A DNA stretch of 64,000 bases, taken from the NCBI GenBank assembly GCA_905331295.1, contig CAJNYD010000012.1, positions 682,001 through 746,000 of the forward strand, read 5' to 3'. Made by a program: the position numbers and the translations under genes. Positions within the stretch are counted from its first letter, which is position 1. Each line of letters starts with the position of its first letter. The DNA is from Rotaria socialis. Its lineage: Eukaryota. Positions 12,450 to 25,680 of this stretch are shown here, piece by piece. The notes beneath the pieces were generated by a model. It was not told the origin of the DNA, did not search any database, and worked only from the letters and a program-made list of their open reading frames with translations.

Positions 12450-12749
12450 TTAAACAGTATTAATGGACCTTTTCCCTCGCATAGCATGAAATGCGGCAGC
12501 TCGACGATGTGGATACATTTTCAGCATACCGCTAATAACATGCTGGATTTCTCTGTCATAATCATTTTTAAATTTTTCTTCTTCTAATGTATCATATAGA
12601 TGATTTTTTATTGTTGCTGTTGCTCGCATTCTATTGTCAAGTAATGTTTTCTTCATTTGATCACTTGTACAATTGACAATAGAGAGAAATATGAGAAAGA
12701 TAACGATATGAGCCAATGTAAATAAACGACGATGATAATTTGTATTCAT
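12450..12749 (-). CDS. Tachykinin-like neuropeptide precursor (AAAFHAMR-amide)
   Basis: 99 aa ORF with hydrophobic signal peptide and C-terminal RR-AAAFHAMR-G-KR (dibasic sites plus amidation Gly). Probable 5' UTR intron at ~12762-12808 and TATA-like element at ~12871-12879. Confidence 0.8.
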   Translation of the reverse strand: MNTNYHRRLFTLAHIVIFLIFLSIVNCTSDQMKKTLLDNRMRATATIKNHLYDTLEEEKFKNDYDREIQHVISGMLKMYPHRRAAAFHAMRGKRSINTV

Positions 12750-14015
12750 GTTGTATTGAACTTAAATAAAAATATAAAGTAATAAATAATAAGTAGTTAA
12801 TATACAAACGAGTTTGCTCTAAAACGCCAAACTATAGAATGTGACTATTTTGAGTTACTGCTGGAAATACTTTTTATATCAAAAGGTGAAAACTACTTCT
12901 GTAGTTATTGATAATGAAATTGAGAACGTCCAATAATTATGAATATATGCTTTATAAATTCCGTTAGAACGCTGTCGACCGATGTTGCCTTGCAAACTAT
13001 CCTGTATATTAATATTTTTTCTAGCTTAACAGACTCACACTAATGATCAACGACATCGTTTTATCACTCTCTCTTTCTCTTGTAATGCTAGCTTTTGTAA
13101 TTACGATGTTAAGAAGATTACAGCGACAGTAGGACCTAGACTAAAACGGAAGACATACTTCCTTTGAAATTTGTTTCTTGTTCTGCTCTTATGTGCTGTG
13201 AGCGCGAAGGTCGATACATATGGATGTTTACCAAAAAAAAAATAATGAAACAGACAGGAGACCAACTTGATCCTTCTTGATTTAATTATTTGTTTCAATG
13301 GGGAATATCAGTTTAGACTAAGAAGATATAAATCTCTAAATAATAAATTTATATTTTCTATGCTATATTTTGTATAAAGTGAACATACAATAGTCACAAT
13401 ATTTATTCAGAATACAAATATGTTGATTAGTTTAAAATAGATTTATTTTACTACTCGAAGAACACTTTAAAGCGATGTATAAACATCTGATTCATAGGTT
13501 AAGGTATAATTTAAGAAACAAAAAGAAATTTTAAAATATGAACATTGATTTTCTTTCACAACAATTTATATGTAATATATCGATGATTTAAAGATTTTTC
13601 GTAATACTTAGTGACTATGTTATTTATGGTAAAGCTAGATAATCATTATATTTTGGTATACGAAAAGAATCAATGAAATTGTATGTGAAATCTAATACAG
13701 TATAGAACTTCATAACTTCAATTCTTAATTATGGATATGTATAGAACTTTACAAATGTATTAGCTAGTTTTTTTTTTCTATAGTAATCTTTCTTTTTACT
13801 TTACTCATACTATTGTTTATTGGTAAAATTTATTAGAAAAAAGAATTATTTGGTAGGCATCCCAAATAAACAGAATGTTAAAATTCTTCATGTAATGCCA
13901 ACGAATTGTTTGTATGAGTTATATCTGACAATATAATTCAAGGTCAGTATACGTATCGACATGTATTTTGTGTAAAGAAAAAGAGAAAGAATGAATTTTG
14001 TATAGAGCAAGATTC

Positions 14016-14210
14016 TTAATGCCCCCCCCCCTCAGAAAAGCCGATTTTTCAAAAAAAANNNNNNNNNNNNNNNNNNNNNNNNNNNNNNNNNNNNNNNNNN
14101 NNNNNNNNNNNNNNNNNNNNNNNNNNNNNNNNNNNNNNNNNNNNNNNNNNNNNNNNNNNNNNNNNNNNNNNNNNNNNNNNNNNNNNNNNNNNNNNNNNNN
14201 GGGGCCTTAA
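14016..14210. mobile_element. TTAA-flanked element (Kolobok-like) spanning an assembly gap (N run 14059-14200)
   Basis: Left TTAA|TGCCCCCC.., right ..GGGGCC|TTAA: inverted termini with a TTAA duplication. The interior is unsequenced. Confidence 0.5.
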
Positions 14211-16559
14211 AATGGAATACACTTTAAAATGTTTTCAAGTGTTTACATATACTTAGTTTTTCAAATAACATTTTCGCATAACATCTATTTATGTATTTTC
14301 ATTTTGATTAAATTTGAGTAATAGAATTAGTTTAGAGTAACATATAATCAAAATTATATCTTTAAAATATTGTTTTCAAATTTTTAACATAGAACTAAAA
14401 ACTAAATATATATATCAATCAATTACTACTTACATTTTTTTTGCTGAAAATGTTTCTAGTAAAAATAGAATATCACACACTAAGTATGCCTTTTTTCTTT
14501 CTTTTTGATTCACAGGAAACATTCATTTCATTCAAAGAATTTTAACTCAACAGTCAAAAGTAATACATTTATTCAGTGATTCTTGACGGAGAGAGATGCT
14601 GAATACTGGGGACAATTATGTAGTATTGATAAATACGGCAGTTTTCAAGGATCAATACACTCACTCCTCTTAGCTAATGGCTGGTAATGGTTATGACAGG
14701 AATTGAAACAATTTCAAATAACATTAATAAAATAATATTCATGCATGATTTATTGAAAAATGCATTAAAGAAAATGAAGTGCAACTGTATCTAATAGGTA
14801 GAAATTTTCAGTTTTTGTTTTTCTTTGATAGAAGTTGATGAACCATCGGGCTTCCGATTTTTATGAAACTCGTATTTCTCAGAGATGCACATATTCTTCA
14901 ATTAATATCTCAGGAGAGGCAAGCGAGGTTGCATTTATGTGGAAATAGTGAATACCACAGTTGAATCTAGTGTCTATTTTGAAGATCAACACAGAAGACT
15001 TCTATTCAAATTATAAAATGCATAATGCAGTTGTTTTCCTAAATTCGATGTGATTAGCATATCGTTAAAATTGTGTTTTTATTGATTTATTAAAATATTG
15101 AAATTGTTCAATATTCACATTATACAACTTTTTGATTATTCTCCAATGTTATTTATTAAGTTTTTATATTTTATAATAATTGCCAAAGTTTAGTTTTTGC
15201 TTTAACTATCTATACTACGAGTTGCATGGACAGTGGATATGTTGACTTTACGTAAATCTTTATTGAATAGCAGCATTAGTGTTCGTATTGTTGATTTTCT
15301 CAGCAATGTTCTTACCAGCTCAATCGAATCGGTTTTTAATTCATCGTATTGACTTCAGAAATAAATTGTTCAATTAAGTAGTCTGATGTGATATAATATA
15401 CATATACATATAATAAAACATTGTGGTGGTGCTGTCTCAGGTGACAAACTCTTCCTTTCCTTGTGATTGGTTCTATCTAGCTAGCTTATAAATTTGTTCA
15501 AACATTCATTAAATAATGTTCTGAATACTTCATTTAAGACAGTATAGGATAAATCATAATTAGTGCTCATAGAGACTATGCATCTGTAATTACCCAATTA
15601 TCATTATTATGAATGGATGGGCTAGTAGAATGATTTATGATTTAGTTATGTTCTTATCTGAATCAATCAATATAGCTGATTATATATATATATATATCTT
15701 CAACTGACCATTGAGACGGCGATGAAAACAGTTAGATCATCAAAAACACAATCAAGCGGTTAGCCAATTTCTAAGAAAGAAATAAGCAAAATTAAACAAT
15801 ATTTCATCAACCAACAAAATATTTGATGTTAAATCATCACACTAAAAAAATCTATTCATTCTATTTGAGACATGCAATGATTATTCATACACAATAACAA
15901 AATACAGTGTAATCCATCTATATTTGAAATCAATATTGAAGTATAGTCAATAATTGCGAATTAACACACCATATGGAGAGAACTATGATGTTATTCATGT
16001 TGTGCTTGTTTTTTCATAAATGTAAATCAATAATAAGTCAATTTCCGTAATAATTAAAATCAAGATTGAAATTGATTATCTTTGTATTCTAATATGGTTT
16101 ACTTCAAATTTAAAAACAGTATTCACATTGTACACTAGTTATTCTCAAATCTTGAACCAATTCAGGAAATACATCTTATGAAAAACTTGTCTGTTGAATT
16201 TCACGAACTGCTGATTTTTATAGTCAATCGTTTAATGTACTACATTTTCTAACAATTCAAATTCAATCATAGTTCCACTGATATGTTTGTCGATAATTCA
16301 AAGTTATTGATAACGAAAAAAAATGAGCACATTGGAGATGTCACTATGAAGCTCAAATTGAAAACCCCATCTATCGCACACTTTTTGATTGGTGAAAATT
16401 GTTAATCAGTCTATCATGCATACTTTTCTGTCAGATTATTTTTTCATGCAAATCATCAATAGTAGTTTTCGCTCCTTTCTGTTGGACTTGTGAATAGAAA
16501 TGTGTCTCAAAATAATTCCTATCGCTATGTTTTATAACGATTGATCTACTTTACCTTAG

Positions 16560-17785
16560 ATGAGTTCTGTTTCCCGTCGATCAGCATTACTTATCGATAG
16601 TTTTAAACGTGTGCATAATTATTTGCGTATATCATTGACAGAACGGTGTAATTTAAGGTTATTTGAATATTTTCATAATATCAAAGTACAACATATTAAG
16701 CATGATTCACTTGAATAGATGTCAATATTGTATGCCAGAAAAGGGAGTTGAACTGTCTCCTTCAAATCACATATTGAATACAAATGAAATATTACGTCTT
16801 GTTCGTATTTTTACTGAACATGGTGGAATTAATAAAATTCGTTTAACTGGAGGAGGTACGTTGTTATTAACGTTAAGTAGCTTATTATTAACGTAAGAAA
16901 ATTTATTTATATCATTCGAAATTTTATAAATTCCTTTTAGAACCAACTATTCGTAAAGATCTTGTTGACATTGTACATGGTATACGTTCGTATCCATCAA
17001 TGAAAACAATTGGAATAACAACAAATGGTGTTCTTTTACATCGTTTACTTAAACCACTTGCACAAGCTGGCCTTAATTCATTAAATATATCACTTGACTC
17101 ATTAGTTGCAGAAAAATTTGAATTTCTAACACGACGTGCAGCATTCGCCCGTGTTTTAACCAATATACGTTTAGCATTGGATATTCCAAATTTATATCCA
17201 CTTGTGAAAATAAATTGTGTTGTAATGCAAGGAGTAAATACTGATGAATTGATTGATTTTGTTGAACTAACTCGTGATCAACCCAATTTAGCTGTACGTT
17301 TTATTGAATATATGCCATTTAGCGATAATAAATGGAGTAACAAAAAGTATTTTCCATATGAAGAAATGCTAAAAATAATAAAACAAAAATATGATTTAGA
17401 AAAACTTATTCAAGAAGATAAAAATGATACAACCAAATGGTATCAAGTGAAAGATAATGCTTATTCGGGAAAAGTCGGTTTTATTACGTCTATGAGTGAG
17501 CATTTTTGTTCGACTTGCAATAGAGTCAGAGTTACGGCTGATGGACAATTGAAAGTTAGTTTATTTATTAAGTAAAGAATTTTGTCTTTGAAAAAAAAAA
17601 GTTTTTAGGTTTGTTTATTTGATAATAAGGAAGTATCATTGCGTGATGCTCTTCGATCAGGTTTAAGTGATGAAGAAATATATTCATTAATACAACGAAC
17701 ATTATATAAAAAAGAAAAAGAACATTTGTCAGTGGATATTTTATCAACACAAGAGAATCGTCCAATGATTCTAATCGGTGGATAA
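16560..17785 (+). CDS. MOCS1A: GTP 3',8-cyclase (molybdenum cofactor biosynthesis protein A, radical SAM), 4 coding exons
   Basis: YLRISLTERCNLR|CQYCMP (CX3CX2C), KIRLTGG|EPTIR, ITTNG, NISLDSL, VRFIEYMPF, FCSTCNRVRVTADGQLK|VC (CX2CX13C), and C-terminal RPMILIGG* with TAA at 17783-17785. Confidence 0.95.
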
Positions 17786-17954
17786 GAAAAGCAAATCGAG
17801 ATCATCAATATAATCAAGCAAATATGTGGCAATATGATTCGTTTTTATTTTATAAAGTTTTTCATTGTTTTTATTTGTTATTTTTTAATTTACTGTGATT
17901 TTTAATTGCATTTTCATGCAAATAAATGATATACACGTGCTTTCTTTTTAGATA

Positions 17955-20900
17955 ATGTTGAAGTCAAAAGAACTTGTTGTCCTGATTATCAATCTACTTT
18001 GTATAGCAACAGCAGTCAAAGGAGACCAATGTGTAAATAAAACTTGTATATAATTCTATCTTTAGTAGCATTTGTTGTGTATATCGTAATAAATACATCA
18101 CTTCTAATTACAGTTACTAATTTATGTAGAAACGATCGATCAAGAATGATTACTAACTTTCCATCTACTATTTTAAACCAAAAAAAGCGAATGAGAGAAA
18201 TGTAATATTTTAAAAATAGACGAGACTACATTGTTGTGTTTGTCATCTATATTATTTTTAATATGATTTACTTTTATAATTAATCGCTTGTAGTTTTTTT
18301 TGCTTCGTTTGATTTTTCATATCAATTTTTTATATAATCTAAAGGAGAAAAAACACTTTGTAGTTGGTAGATTTGATTTAGATGTTCGTTTGTTTTCTGA
18401 ATTTATAATTCCTCATAAATTTTCTTTTTATTAAGTCCAAAACAAAATACACTGTATCAAAATGTTATAATAATCAAGAGTATCAGTGGTTAATTGAACT
18501 ACCGAAAAATAAAACATCGTGTAAAGGTAAATCAGTGGCTCCACCCAAAGCTGTTGTGTGCAGTAAGTGAATTTTCAAGAAAAACATCTTTTAGGAATAA
18601 TAATCTCATTTATTTCTACTCAGATTTTGCTTGTTCAAAAGGGAAAACATTTGATGCAAATACACTTGATTGTCAAAGTTGTCCAGCAGGAACATTTTCC
18701 CTTGGTGGTGGTCAACAACATACATTTAATGGAGCCAATGATCTTGAATCATTACCACTGGATCTCTCAGTTGAAGTAACATCATTGGTATCACAATATA
18801 ATCTTGAGTGTAAAAAGAACCGGTACTTGCTTAGTAATTGATCATCTCTTCGATATTGAAAACAAATAAATATTTTAGACCTTGGCACATCACAGGAAAT
18901 ATGCTTCAAATTGATGTGCAACCCAATTGTGTTACTAAACTTTCATTTCGAGTTAAACTTGAACGAGCTGGATCAATTACCATAACATATAATTTAGCTA
19001 CTTCGTTCGTTTATGGAACTGTAAATAATCAATTGATATCATTTGTTTTATTAAAATTAGATCTTATTTTGTTTAGATCTCATCACGATGTGACTTTACT
19101 ATGAAACAAAATGGCGATAATAATAACGACGATGATAATATAGATGAAAGTGATTCAAAAGGACGTATTATTTTTACTTTATATCCAACCGGTTATGGTG
19201 CTTGGTTGAACAAAAAAGTAAAAACTAATATTTTGATTGCTATCATATGTTAATTAGTTTACAATGATTCATTATAATAGATGATGATTCCAGAAGAAGG
19301 AGAGTATACAATTACATTGTACACTGCTAGTTTTAATACATTCCATTTTCCATTTGCAATTCGATCAATCATTGTCGATGGTTAGCAACTAATAGAAAAA
19401 GATTATTTTATTTCAATTGTATTTTGTTGTTGTAGGAACTTCATTGATTCAAGAGTGCATTCCATGTCCAACAGGTAAATTGCGTATTGATTCAGATCTT
19501 TATTATACACGTGCTTTTTATGTCAAATTATGTATCTTTTTTAAGGTACATATGCTTCAAACGATGGTTCAGATTCTTGTAAACCATGCGCAATAAATAC
19601 CTATGCTGACAGTGAAAGTTCTACTGAATGTCTTCCCTGTGAAGATGCGACACAATATTCAGGTAAAAAATATTACTGAATTTTTGATTTCATCGATCAA
19701 ATGACAAAATTAGATGAGGGATCATCAAAATGTTTACCAAGACCTATCTGTGAAGCGAAACACTATCGAAAAGTATTCATCGGATGTGATAAATCCAATA
19801 TGGTATAATGTCATGTTTCTCATATTAAAAAAATATTTCAATATTTCAATTCCTTAGGCAACAGTTAAATATGAACCTATTCAACCAAAAATTTGTATGA
19901 AAGGTGATCCTCCTATAGAAACGAAACAGTCGTCTTGTGGAACATGCAATCCGTTCGTATCTGTTTTGTTTATTTTTGCTCATATCAACTCATATTTATC
20001 TTTTAGTGGTATGTATAAAAAAACAGATGGTGATCATTGTGATTTTTGTCCACTGCAAACTTATTCAAATGGAACTTTAAACGCATGCCTACCATGTGAA
20101 AATAAGCTTTCTCTTTTACCTGGTTTGTACTATAAAATTTGGAATGAACTACCACCTTATCTCAATAGAAGTTATATGTCGTTCGATGAAACTAAAGATT
20201 GTATGTAGTATATAGTGTTTACATTATTTGAAAAATATTTATTTGATTTATTTTGAAGTAAATCGATTGGATCCTCGTCAAAGTTGGGTTAGTCGCAATT
20301 TATATATATATCTTTGTTGTAACTCTGTAGTTTTATTGAATAGATTCCAAGTATAGATTATATATCATCGCAAGCACTTCCTGATATGATATCTGTATTG
20401 AGTTTAACTATTTCTAAAGGTTTTCGTCAAACAACAACAACGAAATCGGTTAAAGACTTCGGAATATTATTTTTTAAATTTTCAATACAGTGTCAATCTT
20501 CATGTACATTTTTCTTAGTTTCTCAGGTAATTGGAATGAATAAAAATTATATTGAGTCAGCATTTTTGTCGACTAGGATCTAGATGATGATGATTTTGGT
20601 TGGGAAATTATTGAAAAATGGAATATAAAAAAAAAATCTGAACATAAAGATATGGTGAACTATACGTATGTTTTTATTTTCATTTATGAATTAAAAACTT
20701 ATTCAGTTTTTCATTATCCTTAGATATTCAATTCAAAATCCTAGTGAAATTATGTTTAATTGGCTGTTTACATCCGATGATGTACGTGACGAAATTGATG
20801 AAGTTCGTATTTATGAAATTAGTGTTACGAATACAGAAGTTGGTGGATCTGATCGATGTGTTAGTTGTTTAACAACTAATAATCAAGTAACGGAGTAAGA

Positions 20901-22554
20901 AGAAGAATTACTATTTTGTTATTGCTCTTTATACTTACTTTAAACAGATGCCAATCATGTACGTCTGGACATATTTTGTCAAATAATACATGCATTCACT
21001 GTCCAAAATTAACAATAGCTAGTCGCGTCCGATCCAATGACCCAATTCCAACAATATGTGAACCATGTGCAAAGAATACAGTAACAGATGATGGTGTTTC
21101 ATGCTATGTACCATGTAAACAAACATTTGATGGAAATGTCGAATATGATTTAAATCCAATATCGACGTATGCATATAGAAATGAAAATTTTATTTTTTTT
21201 CAGTCCATATTATTGATTGCACGTTTTATTTTTGTTTAGTATTGCATTTCATGGTTCAAAATTATTTACACAGAAAGGTAGTGGCTATTTTCATGTATTC
21301 AATACAAGTATTTGTGGTCAAACTAGTGTTACTTGTGTCAAAACAGCAGTGCGTAAAAAAGTTCTATGGAAGAGGAAAAAACATTTTTTTATTTTATTTT
21401 GTTAGTCATCAGATGAATCAAAACGTTCAAAATTTCAAATGAAAATCGACTCGAAATTATGCCGCATTGGTACTGTCCCAGATCAAAATGATAATAAAAC
21501 ATCTGTAGCTTATATTGATGAGTAAATATAGCTTTTATTATCATTTGTATGTTTTCTTTTATTTTATACGATTTTCTTTTTCTTTTCAGTTTTGGTGAAG
21601 AATTATTAAATGTATCATTATCGACATCAAAATTTTTTCCAGCACTTCGTTCTGATTATAATTTATCTGATATAATACTTGTTTATCGAGCTAATTCATC
21701 AAGTTCTCAATCGAGTTGTTCTGAACGTATTACATATTTATCATTACGTTGTGATCATCTATTTGATGATGATAATCTTAATTCAACAATAAAATATGAA
21801 TTACAAACGCCAAATGAATGTGTAACAGGTACATGTGATGGATGTACATTTCATTTTCTTTTACGCACACCATCTGCTTGTCCAACATGTGACGAAAATA
21901 AAAATGGATATCGTGCATTTCTTGGCCCATGTAAATTTGGTCGACAAGAAGTACGAAAAATACCATACCCGTATGTTGCCTTAAAATAATGTTTGTGCCT
22001 TTTCGGACAAAATGAAATTTTCATTTTTCTAACATAGATATTGTTCACATAGTTTAACTGAAAAAGTTGAAACTCATCCATGCTCTATCTTATCACTCGA
22101 AATTAAAATAATTATAGGTTTATTTATTATAATAGCAAGTGCACTTACAGCAATCGTTATTATGTGTTGGCGAAAAAATCGAAAGTAAGTTTAAGAAATC
22201 TGCTTCAATTGAAGGTATATGTTTATTTTCTTTCATTATTCTTAGACTAGAATATCGTTACATGCAATTAATTGAAAATACGAATCCTGATGACGATGCA
22301 CCAATTGATAATGTTTGCGCGCAAATTAGTGATGAAGAAGACTCAAGTGAGGAAGTGCAATTTAAAACACAATCACGAGCCAAGAAGATTATGAATGTTG
22401 TTCGAAAAGCTATCAGAAAAGTAAATATAAAAAGAAATTATTTTTTGATTAATATTTTCAATTTTTATCTGTTTAGAATCCAGGGAATGGACAATCTGAA
22501 CCATTTGGTGATGATGGATTTTTATTGGCAAGTACATCAACAAATGAGGCATGA
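17955..22554 (+). CDS. ELAPOR1: ELAPOR/KIAA1324 (UPF0577) family Cys-rich type I membrane protein, multi-exon
   Basis: Signal peptide MLKSKELVVLIINLLCIATAVKG, CQSCPAGTFSLGGG, FTQKGSGYFHVFNTSIC, GTCDGCTFHFLLRTPSACPTC, a TM helix followed by CWRKNRKLEYRYMQLI, and TGA at 22552-22554. Confidence 0.88.
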
Positions 22555-24018
22555 ATCTCGACATACCTTTGATTAATATTGTTTTCTTACTCGATCTGCT
22601 TATTAAAATTTTAACAGTGACATTTTTCTGTTTTTCAATTGTATTCTTACTAATAATTTTTTTGTTTTGTTTCCTTATCTGTTCTCACAGTTTATTTTAC
22701 CGTCCGCTGACGTCTTACGAAAAAAATTTACTCAAACATGATATCAAAAGTATTTTATTCTGAATCTCTGTTTTTTTTCTTCTTTTTGTTGTACGCTTTC
22801 AAGTATTCATGATTTTGTTTTGCATCTCAATATTATATTCAAGTATTTGTTGTATTTTTGTCTTAAAAAAAATAAGTTGGTAATATAAACGAAAAGTATA
22901 ATTAATTCAACTGATTTCCTTCTCTTTGTCAAAACTAAAGATCGATCAGAATCAAACGAAAAAACTTTGATCTGAACAAAAACAATATACATGAATAGTT
23001 TTCATTCAGCTTGGGAATTTCAAAGTGTTAGAAATATTCAAATCTTCTCGGGGTGTTCAAATTGATGGATATAATTTTAGAGTATTATTTTTAGAATTTG
23101 CGGATCTGAGTTTCCAAAGACATGCTTATTGCAAGAAAAACAAAAATACGTTTGTATCTTGTTGTCAGTAAAAATAATGTGAAATTAATATTTCTTAATG
23201 ATAAAATTTATGAGTAAAATGCCCCTCTTACACATTGAATCTGAAATTGAACATTTGGAAATATTTGACCCAAGGATATATTTTCAAAAAAAAAACTACA
23301 TAGTAATAGTTAAATCAATTGGAAATTATACTATGATTTCGAGTAGTTATGCACATCAATATAAATGCACATGATAAACCAAAAAAACACAATAGTGTTG
23401 AAAGGTCTTTTCTAGCTCACGTTTGAATAATAATGATAATATGATAGATGACTGTCTTCAATCATTTGATAGCTGTTCGAATAATAGTTACATATAAATT
23501 TCGTTCTTTGCTTTTTTTCTTACTTATAATACCAGCTGTTTGACGTTGCATGAATTATCGTATTTCATTGGCTATTTTATTCTCCAATGATCAAACTTCA
23601 TTATTCGATTCTTTTAAAATACGAATGCATTTCGAATATCATTTATAATGTAGAAACTCATGATCTAACATTTTTATTTTCAATATTTATCTTGTTTTTA
23701 TTTTCACATTCTATGATATCTTTAAGAAAACCCTTTCTAACTGTTAATTTAATTGGTAAGGAACAAAAAAAAAATCGGCGTGGTGGCCAAGTTGATCTTA
23801 AAAAGGCTGCCTAAAACATAAACGTCGACGTCAGTCATCATCGTTATAGTTTTACTTTTACCTGTTTATTTTGTTCGAGTTAATATTTGTACTTTGATTT
23901 GCTTTTTATATCATATCTTGTAGATCAACAACAGATCTCAGTCTTTCTCTTTTCTCATTATTTTTTCATCATTTTCTGGTTATCAGATACAAAAAATTGA
24001 AAACAATAATACTACAAG

Positions 24019-25001
<983 letters not shown>

Positions 25002-25680
25002 AAAACAAAAGATGAATTTTTATGAAAAAAAAGAACCACGCCGGCTGATATTTATACACATATAACTAATCTATAATCTACATTTTTGCGATTCTTAAAG
25101 CTTTCTGTTTTTTGATTTTTTGTTTTTTCAATGTCGCTCTTTCTTTTCGCACAATAAACCAAACAAGACCAATAAAAAATTTATATATGGAAAGTCTAAG
25201 CGAAAAGAAAACGTGGAATTTGCTTCCTTCCTTTGAGTCAAATCGTATAACTTTACGACATAGAAAAACATTACCTATTAATTCCATGTCTTTTTCTTCT
25301 CGATTTTTTCGTCTATGTTTCGACTTGTTTTTAAAGTTGTTCTATTTTTAATCAGAAAAGCAAACAAAAGACGCGTGGCACTAGCTAAATATGTTTTCTT
25401 TTTCTTTTTCTTTTTCTTTTTCTCTGTCTTGTTTTATTTTATGTTCGTTTTGTCTCTTTAACAATATGTTGGTGAATATGAAAATATATTTGTGGATTTC
25501 GTCGTTTTATCTATTACTGCTCGTTCTTCTATCATCTTTCTCTTTTGCATATATCATCCATATTGTTTGTTTGTCTCTCATTCACTTTTTCTTGGCCGGC
25601 AATAAAAGAATAAATAGAAAAAGATGATATCCTCTCAATACTTTGCCTTTTGTTTTTCTAGAAGCTTTTATCAATTGACC

